DNA of 64,000 nucleotides, from positions 74,096-138,095 of the forward strand of contig CP064977.1 of assembly GCA_016699465.1 (NCBI GenBank), read 5' to 3'. Below the pieces are notes generated by a model. That model did not search any database, had not been told where the DNA came from, and saw only the letters and a list, made by a program, of their open reading frames with translations. Source of the stretch: Candidatus Campbellbacteria bacterium (GTDB lineage Bacteria; Patescibacteriota; Minisyncoccia; Phycocordibacterales; EsbW-18). Numbering within the stretch: position 1 is the stretch's first letter; every line of letters starts with the position of its first letter. Positions 29,092-38,542 of this stretch are shown in pieces. Made by a program: the position numbers and the translations under genes.

Positions 29092-29164
29092 GTGGGACGA
29101 TTTATGACTTATACTTTTTACGGAACCGAACGAAAGAACAACTTCGACTCAGGAGGCCGAGACA

Positions 29165-29494
29165 ATGGCGACTCAAGGGGTGGTAAGTGTCGTGAAGAAC
29201 GGGGTGGTGGTGCTCAAGGTTGTCGCAGGCTGCGATGGTTACAACGCGGCCCTGCTCGGCAACACGATTCGGGGAATGGGAATCATTCCAGATGCGGAGA
29301 ACGCCTACGACCTGGCGTTCAAGCTCCGTTTCGGCGAGGTCGAGTGCCTCGTCGCGATGGACCAGAGGACCGAGGTGTTTCGGGGTCACGACGAGATCGA
29401 CTCGACGAGGTATCGAGCCACCTTCAGCGACCCGCGCTTCAACCCAAGGTGGGAGCAGGGAACCGCCGACTTCGTGGAGGTGGTCGAGTTCTAG
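29165..29494 (+). CDS. hypothetical protein (cassette 4), 109 aa
   Basis: GGAGG SD; GC about 62%; antisense ORFs rejected. Confidence 0.5.
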   Translation: MATQGVVSVVKNGVVVLKVVAGCDGYNAALLGNTIRGMGIIPDAENAYDLAFKLRFGEVECLVAMDQRTEVFRGHDEIDSTRYRATFSDPRFNPRWEQGTADFVEVVEF

Positions 29495-29528
29495 AATCAA
29501 CACGATGACCCAGAACGAGCTGAACTAT

Positions 29529-29660
29529 ACCGTCTGACAAACACGGAAAACCGCGCTTTCATCAGGCGGTTTTCTTATTTTTATTTTTGAATCTACTCCA
29601 CTATTCGCGCGAATTAGAGAATGGTTGCCGGGGAATTTCTGAAAATATTCAGTTGTCTTA
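29529..29660 (+). repeat. cassette-array repeat, copy 4 (degenerate)
   Basis: Terminator hairpin plus ttgaatctactccactattcgcgcgaattagagaatggtt shared with copies 2 and 3, then a diverged recR-like segment (gaatattttcagaaattcc). Confidence 0.7.
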
Positions 29661-29732
29661 ATTAAATTTTACAAAAAGAAACCGCCTCGTCTGGGAACGG
29701 GACGGTTCCATGTGACGGGGCGGGGGCAGGTG

Positions 29733-30212
29733 CTACTGCGGGGTTGGGAGCGAAATTGGCGCAGTTCGGTTGACCTGCATCGTGCGGCGCATCCACCACT
29801 CGTCCAGGATGATCTGGACCATACCGCGCTCTCGCTTGCCCGCGACCATTTGCGCTATGGGTGCGAGTGTTCGAATGTCGCGGTGTTCGCGCTGGCCGTC
29901 GGACCACTCGATGAGTACCTCTGTGAACGACGGGTTGTGCTCGTAGCGATCCACGACCCAGAAAATCTCATTGTAATCGGTGATGCAGGTGGCGGGAAGC
30001 TCGACGGTTTTGAGCAGCTCCAGCATCTGCTCTTCGTGCACCTTGCGCTCTGTCGCGGTTCGCGCCTCTTCGGCGTCGGCGGACTTGGAACCAGACGTGT
30101 CCCCGATGAGCATGAAAAGGCTGAAGACGATGATGCATCCGAGGATGAACCCGAAAACGAGGTTCATCCGTTTCGCTGACATGAACTCTCTCTCAGTAAA
30201 GAGGCGCTCCAT
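29733..30212 (-). CDS. hypothetical membrane-anchored protein, GC-rich
   Basis: Own promoter TTGACT-17-TATCAT at 30258-30286 (minus strand) and GAGGAGG SD. Confidence 0.5.
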   Translation of the reverse strand: MERLFTEREFMSAKRMNLVFGFILGCIIVFSLFMLIGDTSGSKSADAEEARTATERKVHEEQMLELLKTVELPATCITDYNEIFWVVDRYEHNPSFTEVLIEWSDGQREHRDIRTLAPIAQMVAGKRERGMVQIILDEWWMRRTMQVNRTAPISLPTPQ

Positions 30213-30298
30213 GTTGAACCTCCTCGGCCGATGGCCTGTAGGTACGTATTTTCTGGAGAGGATGATACTATAAAATCACAAAAAAGTCAACTGACAAA

Positions 30299-30679
30299 TT
30301 ATTCGAGGATATCAGGAATATGAGAACGGGGAACTTTGCGAACATTTACTTTCTCCATTTTTAGAATTGACGCTTTCATGAGGCGGTGTAGTCCGTCTAA
30401 GATTAGCCAACGGCCTTTATTCTCCATAATGTCTATTGGATGTATGAGGTCTGCGTTCATGGTGCGCTCGTACTCTTCTTTGTGCGCGTCAGGATTGGTC
30501 AGGACTTCCTGGGGCGTAAGATTATAGACGCCGTTTTCCCAAAGGAATGGAATATCGAAGTGCCATGTAAGTTCGCTGGTAGGTATTTCTTCAACAGGGA
30601 CATCAAGAGCCCACACCTTTGGTTCACTCCAATCAAAATCAAATCCAACGTCTTTAATTATTTGTGGAATATCACCCAT
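30299..30679 (-). CDS. hypothetical protein with ParB/Srx-like DGxHR motif (ILDGLHRL)
   Basis: 126 aa; motif typical of the ParB-like nuclease superfamily; assignment weak. Confidence 0.4.
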   Translation of the reverse strand: MGDIPQIIKDVGFDFDWSEPKVWALDVPVEEIPTSELTWHFDIPFLWENGVYNLTPQEVLTNPDAHKEEYERTMNADLIHPIDIMENKGRWLILDGLHRLMKASILKMEKVNVRKVPRSHIPDILE

Positions 30680-30750
30680 GTTCTGATTATTTTTGTATTA
30701 TATAAAAAAGTGCCTGACTCCATTGTCCACATTTTTTATTTCGCACATCG

Positions 30751-31485
30751 TTAAAGTACCCCTTTGTTTTGCAATTCCATTACAAAAAACTTACCTTTTT
30801 CACTGAAATCAATTGTCAGCTGTCCGCCCACTTTATCTTTTCGTATAAGTCCTATAACGTCAAGTTTTGAGAAGTAATTAGGATTTAAGTATTCATCGTA
30901 CGGATGAGATGGGCTTGTCGAGTATTTACCGCCATATTGATAAATAATTTGGTTTGCTTTTTTGAGTGCCTCAATATTTTCGGGGTTATAAGAGAATTTT
31001 TTTAGTTCATCCAACCAAGCGACCATGGGATTGCTTTTTTTTATTTGTTTTTCTTGCTTAGTTGTTTTTGCAACCACCTCAATTTTTTTTGCGCGCTGTT
31101 CTTCGAGTGCAGTTTTTTCTTCCTCAATCTTCCTTTTTTCTAGAATACTTATGATAGTTTTTTTTGACTCATACTCCTCATTTTTTCTGTGTGCTTTTAT
31201 AAGAAACAATTCAGGAAATGTCCAAATTACTAAAAATGTTAATAAGAAAGGTAGCGCCCAAAGGCAGACGCTTATTATAGGATGTGTAGGATCTAATAAA
31301 AGATTCTGAAGATATTCTGTTTTTAAAAGTCCTTTAGATTCCCAGATTTTTTCCTCACTTAGAAAGAAAAGAGCAACCATAAATTTCCAATGGATGATTA
31401 TGGAAGATATTAGAAGTGTCCCATAAAATGGGCTTGAAAATCTCTGCTCGACCATCTTTTTTATTGATTCAAAAATTTCTGTCAT
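30751..31485 (-). CDS. hypothetical membrane protein with coiled-coil segment
   Basis: ORF-track start 31830 would overlap dnaB; first in-frame ATG after dnaB stop is at 31485. Confidence 0.5.
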   Translation of the reverse strand: MTEIFESIKKMVEQRFSSPFYGTLLISSIIIHWKFMVALFFLSEEKIWESKGLLKTEYLQNLLLDPTHPIISVCLWALPFLLTFLVIWTFPELFLIKAHRKNEEYESKKTIISILEKRKIEEEKTALEEQRAKKIEVVAKTTKQEKQIKKSNPMVAWLDELKKFSYNPENIEALKKANQIIYQYGGKYSTSPSHPYDEYLNPNYFSKLDVIGLIRKDKVGGQLTIDFSEKGKFFVMELQNKGVL

Positions 31486-31495
31486 GTTTTTGTTT

Positions 31496-32923
31496 CTAAA
31501 ACTCCGCACTTGTTCCTTGAGCGGAAGCGTCGAATTGCTCAACACCGTGGCGTTCAAGTGAACGGAAGGTGGCTTTCTTGTCGTCAAAGTAGAGTTCGAG
31601 CACACCCGTTGGACCGTTACGGTGCTTGGCGATGATGAGTTCCACAATGTTTGAGCGCTCACCAGCTTCTTTGTAGCGGTCTTCACTGTGAATAAACATA
31701 ACCAAGTCAGCGTCCTGTTCAATAGAACCAGAGTCACGAAGGTCGGAGAGTTGTGGTCGTCCACGGCGCTGTTCAATGGCACGTGAAAGCTGTGAGAGGG
31801 CAACGACAGGCACGTCGAGCTCGCGGGCAAGCTGTTTCAGTGAGCGGGAAATTTCGGTCACTTGTTGCACCATGTTGTCTTGCTGGCGGTTTTTACCTGA
31901 TGGAACCATGAGCTGGAGGTAGTCTACAATGATGAGGTCGAGACCTTGCTCACTCTTGAGACGGCGGGCAACAGAGCGCATTTTCAAAATGTTGTTGCCC
32001 GCCTGGTCGTCGATGAATATTTTTGCTTGCGAGAGTTTGTTTGTGGCATCACTAATGCGTTCAAATTCGTCGTCGGTGGAAAGTTTTCCTGTGCGCAAAC
32101 GCCACGCATCCACTTGTGCCTCTGATGCAAGCATGCGGTCTACTAATTGCTGTGCACTCATTTCAAGAGAGAAGATACCAACGGATTTGCCGTAGCGAAT
32201 AGAGGAGTGGCGTGCAATGTCCAATGCGAGGGACGTCTTTCCCATGGAAGGTCGTGCGGCGAGAATGACGAGGTCTGCTTTTTGAAGTCCTGCGATTTTG
32301 TTGTCCAACTCTGGAAAACCTGTTGGCACACCGCGGAGTGTTCCTGAAGATTTTTGCAATTTGTCCAAGCGTTCAAACGCATCGGCGAGCACGTCACTGA
32401 TGGGAATAAATTTCTTTGTTCCTGGGGCAGACGTGATGTTGTAGATTTGCTTCTCCGCTTTATCAAGTAACTCTTCCAACTCTTCTTCTTCGGCAAAGCC
32501 GAGTTCGGTGATGTGGTAGGCGGCTTCAATCAACTGGCGCATCGTGTACTTCTTTTGCACAATTTCAGCGTAGTGCTTTGCGTTCATGGATGAGGGCACC
32601 GTGTCCACCAAGCCAGTGAGGTAGCTCATGCCACCAACCGTCTCTATTTCTTTGAGTTCTTTGAGTCGAGAGGAGAGTGAAACAAGATCAATCGGTTCTC
32701 CTTTTTTGTAGATGTCGAACATCGCGGAAAAAATAATTCCGTGTTTGCGTGCATAAAATGATTCTGCTGAGAGAATATCAATGACGTCGTGCACTGCTTC
32801 AGGACGCAACAAAATAGAACCGAGAAGTGCTTTCTCTGTCTCCACATCTGATGGTGGTGTGCGAACTGGTTTTGTTTGAGGGTGAGTTGCCATGAATATC
32901 TGCATAGTAGCATACGAAAACAA
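31496..32923 (-). CDS. dnaB: replicative DNA helicase DnaB
   Basis: Walker A GARPSMGKTSLAL, DnaB N- and C-terminal domains; exact start (TTG 32923 or ATG 32893) uncertain. Confidence 0.9.
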   Translation of the reverse strand: MFSYATMQIFMATHPQTKPVRTPPSDVETEKALLGSILLRPEAVHDVIDILSAESFYARKHGIIFSAMFDIYKKGEPIDLVSLSSRLKELKEIETVGGMSYLTGLVDTVPSSMNAKHYAEIVQKKYTMRQLIEAAYHITELGFAEEEELEELLDKAEKQIYNITSAPGTKKFIPISDVLADAFERLDKLQKSSGTLRGVPTGFPELDNKIAGLQKADLVILAARPSMGKTSLALDIARHSSIRYGKSVGIFSLEMSAQQLVDRMLASEAQVDAWRLRTGKLSTDDEFERISDATNKLSQAKIFIDDQAGNNILKMRSVARRLKSEQGLDLIIVDYLQLMVPSGKNRQQDNMVQQVTEISRSLKQLARELDVPVVALSQLSRAIEQRRGRPQLSDLRDSGSIEQDADLVMFIHSEDRYKEAGERSNIVELIIAKHRNGPTGVLELYFDDKKATFRSLERHGVEQFDASAQGTSAEF

Positions 32924-33013
32924 TCGCCTTTACATACAAAAGAGGGGAGTACCTGTGTCTACACTGTGGACAAGTGAGTCAAAAAAACGGCTCTATAGAG
33001 CCGTTTTTATGCA

Positions 33014-34390
33014 TTAGGAGTTTTTTGGAATGATTTTCTGGCCGTCAGGCGTGTCTTTAACATCAAATCCTAATTTTTCAATATCAGCACGTAGGTTATC
33101 AGATGTAGTCCAATCTTTTGCTTCGCGCGCTGCTTGTCGTGCGTCAAGGAGTGATTGAATGTCATTTGAGACAGCCACTGCCTCAACGCTATCTAACTTG
33201 AGTCCAAGAACGGTATCAAATGCGAGTGCGGTTACTTTTTTGTCAGCAGGGGATACAGCTTCATCTTTGAGAAGCTCCCACAACACAGCAACTGCCTGAG
33301 GGGTTCCTAAATCGTCATTTACTGCGTCCATGAATCGTTTGTAGTACTCATCGTTGACGGTGCCTCCTTCTTCATCTAGCTCACGAATACGTTCAACTAA
33401 TTTGAGGTATGCATTTTGTCCTGCAAGGAGCGCTTCCATAGTGAAGTTCATTTCACTTCGGTAGTGTCCTGTGAGTAACCAGTAGCGGTAGGCAAGGGGA
33501 GTCACACCTTTCTCTTGTAGTGTTGAGAGAACGAGTACATTACCAAGCGATTTAGAAATCTTTTCATTATCAATATTGAGAAACGCATTGTGCAACCAGT
33601 ATCGTGCAAATACTTTTCCTGTCGCATTCTCTGACTGTGCGATTTCATTGTTGTGGTGCACAGGAATATGATCAATACCACCTGTGTGAATATCAAATGT
33701 CTCACCGAGATACTTCATGCTCATAGCTGAACACTCAATGTGCCACCCAGGAAATCCTTTTCCCCACGGGCTTTCCCAACCAAGCTCGGTGTTGAATTTC
33801 CATAACGCAAAGTCACGGGGACCGTGTTTGTGAGACTCTTCTGCATCCGCACGAACATCTGAGAGTGGAGTGAGTCCGCCAAGTCGTCCATAGTGTGCAT
33901 CTTTTTCTGTATCAAAGTAGACACCATCGCCAGGAATGATGTACGTGAATCCTTTTTCTTCGAGACGTTTGATGATATCGATTTGTTCAGGAATGTTATC
34001 TGTCGCTCGTGGTAATTCTTGTGGGTGCAGAATATTAAGAGAGGCCAAATCTTCTTCAAATACTTTTGTGTATCGTTCTGCAAGTTCACGCATACCAACG
34101 AGCGTCATAGGAAGACCTTCTCGTTTTAAGCCTTTACTCATTTTGTCTTCTCCAGAGTCTGCATCGGAGGTGAGGTGACCAACATCCGTAATGTTCATCA
34201 CTTGGAGTACGTCGAATCCATTTGTGGTGAGTACACGACGAAGCGTATCTGCAAACACATACGCACGGAGGTTGCCAATGTGTACACGGTCGTACACGGT
34301 TGGGCCACAGTTGTACATGCCCACATGTGGCGCAACAAGCGGTTCAAACGGTTCTTTTGTTCGTGAAAGTGTGTTGTAGAAGGTAAGCAT
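33014..34390 (-). CDS. cysS: cysteine--tRNA ligase
   Basis: HIGN (HIGH-class) and KISKSLGN (KMSKS) motifs; start at MLTFYNTL. Confidence 0.9.
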   Translation of the reverse strand: MLTFYNTLSRTKEPFEPLVAPHVGMYNCGPTVYDRVHIGNLRAYVFADTLRRVLTTNGFDVLQVMNITDVGHLTSDADSGEDKMSKGLKREGLPMTLVGMRELAERYTKVFEEDLASLNILHPQELPRATDNIPEQIDIIKRLEEKGFTYIIPGDGVYFDTEKDAHYGRLGGLTPLSDVRADAEESHKHGPRDFALWKFNTELGWESPWGKGFPGWHIECSAMSMKYLGETFDIHTGGIDHIPVHHNNEIAQSENATGKVFARYWLHNAFLNIDNEKISKSLGNVLVLSTLQEKGVTPLAYRYWLLTGHYRSEMNFTMEALLAGQNAYLKLVERIRELDEEGGTVNDEYYKRFMDAVNDDLGTPQAVAVLWELLKDEAVSPADKKVTALAFDTVLGLKLDSVEAVAVSNDIQSLLDARQAAREAKDWTTSDNLRADIEKLGFDVKDTPDGQKIIPKNS

Positions 34391-34391
34391 A

Positions 34392-35312
34392 TTAGAGCCA
34401 GCGTTTGTGTTTGAAGAAACTGTACATGGAAATCGATAGGATGGCCATAAGCACAATAATAATCCAGAAATCATACGTACTTCCCACAAACGGCGCGTGT
34501 ATTGTGTTCATACCGAAAATACCAGCAACAAGTGTGAGTGGAAAGGTAATAAATGCCATGACGGTAAGTGTTTTGATAACTTCGTTTTGTTTAATACTCA
34601 AGAGTGAGTTGTTTGTTTCGCGTAGTTCGTTGAAAAAAGATTCTTCGCCTTCAAGTTGGTGACGGATACGTCGGTAATCACCAATGCTACTGCGTATGTG
34701 GCGATTAAATGATTCACCTAAGAGTGTTTGACCTGACGTGGCAATTTCTTCGAATGCTTCTTCATGGTATCCGAGGGCCTTTTTAAAATCGGCGAGCTCG
34801 CGTCCAAGAAGCGAGAGTGAGTGCACTACTTTTTTTTCTTGATCTGCAAATATTTTTTCTTCGATACGTTCGAGTGATTTTCCAATGCGTTCTAAATCGT
34901 ACTCAAATGATAAGTACAATTTTTCTATCATGGTGTGTACGAGAGAGCCGACGTCGCGTATTTCGGAGAGAGATGTTGCAGTGGCGTTGTTGGTATCAAA
35001 TAATTCTTTAAATTCTTGGAGTGAGGTATCGCTTGTGTATCGTGCGGTAATGAGCACGTCGGGCATAATAATGAAATCAATTTCGTGGAGCGATTTTCCG
35101 TTGTCATTGTGTTCTTTTTTTGGAAAGTGCAATACGATATAGGCGCACGAGTCGTACATATCACTGTGCGATCGGCGCGTACTGACGAGAAGCTCGGCTC
35201 CCACGAGTGCTGGGATGTGGTAGTGCTCAATCAAAGTTGCAACATCGTCTCTTGTTGGGGAGACAACATCAATCCATGTAAGTTTTTTATGCGTGTGTGT
35301 TGTGAGTGTCAT
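34392..35312 (-). CDS. corA: magnesium/cobalt transporter CorA
   Basis: C-terminal two TM helices with GMN motif (GIFGMNT). Confidence 0.85.
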   Translation of the reverse strand: MTLTTHTHKKLTWIDVVSPTRDDVATLIEHYHIPALVGAELLVSTRRSHSDMYDSCAYIVLHFPKKEHNDNGKSLHEIDFIIMPDVLITARYTSDTSLQEFKELFDTNNATATSLSEIRDVGSLVHTMIEKLYLSFEYDLERIGKSLERIEEKIFADQEKKVVHSLSLLGRELADFKKALGYHEEAFEEIATSGQTLLGESFNRHIRSSIGDYRRIRHQLEGEESFFNELRETNNSLLSIKQNEVIKTLTVMAFITFPLTLVAGIFGMNTIHAPFVGSTYDFWIIIVLMAILSISMYSFFKHKRWL

Positions 35313-35354
35313 GTTTCTTGCATATACATTCTACCGCATGTAATAATACTTGCT

Positions 35355-36563
35355 ATGATTCGTGTTCACAAGATTACGCTCTTTATATGTGCACTCGCTC
35401 TTTTCGGAGTTGGTTTTTTTGTTGGTAAGGATAGCGTTATCCCTGTTTCGTTGGTGACGGATGTAAAAAATGTTGAAAAACCACAAACTGTTTCTGCTGA
35501 TTTCAATCAATTCTGGTCAGTGTGGAATCTTATCAATGATAAATACTTTGCTGCATCATCAAGTGTTTCGCAGGAAAAGGTGTGGGGAGCAATCGGCGGT
35601 CTCGTCGATTCTCTAGGTGATCCACATAGTATTTTCTTTCCACCAGAAGACGCACAGATGTTTCAAGATATGATTCTTGGAAGTTTTGGTGGTGTGGGAA
35701 TGGAAGTAGGCGAGAAAGAGGGTGTTATTACAGTCATTGCACCGCTCAAAGGTTCTCCTGCTGAACGTGCGGGTATTCGTGCAGGTGATACGGTTGTAGA
35801 GATAGGCGCAACCTCAACGGCGAATATGTCTCTCGATGAAGCTGTTAAGCAAATTCGTGGCAAGATTGGAACACAAGTACAACTCACGTTGGCGCGCGAG
35901 GGGAACCCTGAATTTATTATTGTGAAGGTGATGCGTGAAAATATTTCTATTCCCACACTTGATACTAAACTTCGTGACGATGGTATTTTTGTTATTTCCC
36001 TGTATAACTTCGATGCAAAATCTTCTGTAAAAATGCGAGAAGCGTTCGAGGCATTTACGGCATCACAGAGTACTAAACTGATTCTTGATGTGCGTGGAAA
36101 TCCAGGAGGGTTTCTTGATGCGGCCGTTGATATTGCTAGTTACTTTTTACCAGAAGGAGCAATTGTTGTTCGTGAAAAATTTGATCAGGGAAGGGAAGAG
36201 CATGTGTACCGAAGTGCTGGGTATGCTCTTTTGAAGAAGCCGTTTGATATGGTGGTACTTGTTGATGGTGGTTCTGCATCCGCTTCTGAAATTCTTGCTG
36301 GGGCATTTCAAGAACATAATATCGCGAAGCTTGTAGGGCAAAAAACATTTGGAAAGGGTTCTGTACAGGAACTCATTCCTCTTGCGGGAGGCGCTTCTCT
36401 CAAGTTGACTGTTGGGGAATGGACAACACCAAATGGTACTTCTATTTCAAAAAATGGATTGACCCCTGATGTGGTTGTTCCTATGACATTTGAAGATAGT
36501 CAGGCAGGAAAAGATCCTCAAATGGATTCTGCAGTCGGTATTCTCCTCAAAAAAACTCCATAG
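35355..36563 (+). CDS. ctpA: carboxy-terminal processing peptidase (S41)
   Basis: PDZ domain plus S41 core VRGNPGG, Ser/Lys dyad region; N-terminal TM anchor; track start 35085 overlaps divergent corA. Confidence 0.85.
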   Translation: MIRVHKITLFICALALFGVGFFVGKDSVIPVSLVTDVKNVEKPQTVSADFNQFWSVWNLINDKYFAASSSVSQEKVWGAIGGLVDSLGDPHSIFFPPEDAQMFQDMILGSFGGVGMEVGEKEGVITVIAPLKGSPAERAGIRAGDTVVEIGATSTANMSLDEAVKQIRGKIGTQVQLTLAREGNPEFIIVKVMRENISIPTLDTKLRDDGIFVISLYNFDAKSSVKMREAFEAFTASQSTKLILDVRGNPGGFLDAAVDIASYFLPEGAIVVREKFDQGREEHVYRSAGYALLKKPFDMVVLVDGGSASASEILAGAFQEHNIAKLVGQKTFGKGSVQELIPLAGGASLKLTVGEWTTPNGTSISKNGLTPDVVVPMTFEDSQAGKDPQMDSAVGILLKKTP

Positions 36564-36643
36564 GTATAGCGTTTTTTGTTACCTTCAGGCCCTGTGTAAC
36601 CGTGTGGTTGCAGAGGGTTCTTTTTGTAGTATGCTTGGTGTAT

Positions 36644-37096
36644 ATGGAAATTATTTTACTTAAAGATGTGGCAAAAGTGGGTAAAAAGTTGGATATTGTG
36701 CATGTTTCCGAAGGATATGCGATTAACTTTCTCATTCCTAAAGGATTAGCCCGTGCCGCGACTGCATCTGCACGAAAAGCAGTTGAAACACAGAAGGCAA
36801 CTATAGGAGCACAACACCGAGCGCATGATGAGGCTCTTGAGCGTGACATCATGGCTTTAAACGGTGCGAAGATTACGCTCACAGAAAAAGTGAATGCGAA
36901 GGGTCATTTATTTGGTTCATTACATCCAGAACGTATCCTTGATGAAATTCGCGCACAGCTTGGTATATCAATTCCAAAAGAGTGCCTCATGGTGAAAGAG
37001 CCGATTAAGACTGCGGGAGACAACGAGGTTTCTTTGCAATCAGGTAAAGCACAAGCAACACTTATTGTATCTATTCAAGCTCCTGCGAAAAAATAA
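36644..37096 (+). CDS. rplI: 50S ribosomal protein L9
   Basis: MEIILLKDVAKVGKKLDIVHVSEGYAINFLIPKGLA N-domain signature. Confidence 0.85.
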   Translation: MEIILLKDVAKVGKKLDIVHVSEGYAINFLIPKGLARAATASARKAVETQKATIGAQHRAHDEALERDIMALNGAKITLTEKVNAKGHLFGSLHPERILDEIRAQLGISIPKECLMVKEPIKTAGDNEVSLQSGKAQATLIVSIQAPAKK

Positions 37097-37121
37097 AATT
37101 ATTTAAATGCGTCGCGTATCA

Positions 37122-37228
37122 AAAAACACCCGAGCGGGTGTTTTTTGATACAAATATATATTTTTATTTCCGAGCCGAGGAGTCAGAAAAGTAAAAGGAG
37201 AGACACTTGGTCTCTCCTTTTACTTTAT
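37122..37228. terminator. pair of terminator hairpins between rplI and rpmA
   Basis: aaaaaacacccg-agc-gggtgtttttt and gtaaaaggagagac-cactt-ggtctctccttttac. Confidence 0.6.
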
Positions 37229-37231
37229 CTT

Positions 37232-37510
37232 TTATTTAGCTAGAACGTCTACAATCTTCTTTCGTGTAGATGTACCGTCAAATCGTACGGCTCGTTTCAT
37301 GCGAAATTTAACCACACCTTCTGTAATTGCAAAAAGAGTATGATCCTTTCCCATGTCGACATTCTTACCAGGAAGAATGCGGGTACCTCGTTGGCGTACA
37401 ATAATAGCGCCTGGTTTTGCACCTTGTCCGTCACCAATTTTCACACCAAGGAATTTTGGCTTTGAGTCTCGTAGGTTTTTTGCTGTTCCTCCAGCTTTTC
37501 TATGTGCCAT
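37232..37510 (-). CDS. rpmA: 50S ribosomal protein L27
   Basis: [24 protein letters not shown]...[10 protein letters not shown] signature. Confidence 0.9.
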   Translation of the reverse strand: MAHRKAGGTAKNLRDSKPKFLGVKIGDGQGAKPGAIIVRQRGTRILPGKNVDMGKDHTLFAITEGVVKFRMKRAVRFDGTSTRKKIVDVLAK

Positions 37511-37966
37511 ATACGCTCTATGTTATTTAATGAAGTGCTCAATACTATACCGTATTATATTCAAAAAAACAAGCGTTTGGCACGGTTGTGTTTGGGCGGT
37601 ATGGTGACCTTTGTGACGGTGGCTTTTGTTGGTGTATCGTCGTTTTATATGGGTAGGATTGTTACTGGTATGCGGTCCGAGTGCCCCCTGACAATTGATA
37701 TACCGCGTTCTGAAGCGTTTATATTGGCTACCTCTTCTAACGCTACCTCTGTACAAAATTCAGTAGAGAAAAAAATAAAACCACAAAAAACAGAGGTGTC
37801 TATAGTAAACAGGGAAGGGGGAGTTGTTGTTTCAAAGAATGGAACAAAGTATCACTTTCCGTGGTGTGCTGGGGCAGGGCAAATAAAAGAAGAAAATAAA
37901 GTATGGTTTAGAACTGAAGTTGACGCACAATTGGCCGGGTATACAAAAGCAGGAAACTGTCAATGA
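37502..37966 (+). CDS. hypothetical membrane-anchored protein with C-terminal YHxPxC...C motif (Ada-like metal-binding pattern)
   Basis: 154-aa ORF; TM helix near N-terminus; start uncertain. Confidence 0.45.
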   Translation: MCHIRSMLFNEVLNTIPYYIQKNKRLARLCLGGMVTFVTVAFVGVSSFYMGRIVTGMRSECPLTIDIPRSEAFILATSSNATSVQNSVEKKIKPQKTEVSIVNREGGVVVSKNGTKYHFPWCAGAGQIKEENKVWFRTEVDAQLAGYTKAGNCQ

Positions 37967-38086
37967 ACCCTCGAGGGGATGCCTTTATTGGCTGGGGTTT
38001 TAAGATTGTATATGTCGCACAATATATCTTTTCCGACCTATATATCTAGAAATAAAGGTGTTAAAACAAGCTCTAGCAAACGTCCT

Positions 38087-38398
38087 TTAATTGCCAATTT
38101 GTGGAGGTGTTATTGGTAATTGTCCTCCAGTTGTCTTAAGGTTTCCTACACCCTGTAAAAACATATCCCACAAAATTTTTATTAAATGATTCCAAAGCCA
38201 TGTCGCTGGCCCACTCAAGTATGTTGACCATATAGTTGTCAAGAAATTCCAAAACCAAGAAAGGTTTTGTTTAACAATTGGTGACGCAAGGATGTCTCCT
38301 ATATTGAGTCCAAAGTATCCAAGGACAATAAGTGCGATGACAATAATGAGGATTATTTTAATAAATCCTGATTGATGTTTTGTGTGGTGTGAGAACAT
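38087..38398 (-). CDS. small Trp-rich membrane protein
   Basis: 103 aa, one TM helix and W-rich tail. Confidence 0.45.
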   Translation of the reverse strand: MFSHHTKHQSGFIKIILIIVIALIVLGYFGLNIGDILASPIVKQNLSWFWNFLTTIWSTYLSGPATWLWNHLIKILWDMFLQGVGNLKTTGGQLPITPPQIGN

Positions 38399-38542
38399 GG
38401 TTATTGATAATGATTTTATAATGTCTTTTAAGTATAACCTTGATTACATACTAGCTCCAATAGAATCCATTCAACAGTACTTTGCTCGTCTCTGTGTATA
38501 CGAGGGTCTTATAATGTATTTAATTGCGTTATATGGACGTGG

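Noticed and set aside
25228-30290. Interpretation of the cassette array as a classical integron
   Set aside because: No intI-like tyrosine recombinase gene is adjacent. Cassettes have their own -10 elements and SDs. The repeats (190 bp, with recR-like coding remnant and terminator) do not have the attC R''-L''/L'-R' architecture.
31486-31830. N-terminal 115-codon extension of the 30751 gene
   Set aside because: It would overlap 335 bp of dnaB on the same strand in another frame. It is low-complexity, and the first ATG after the dnaB stop (31485) is the likely start.
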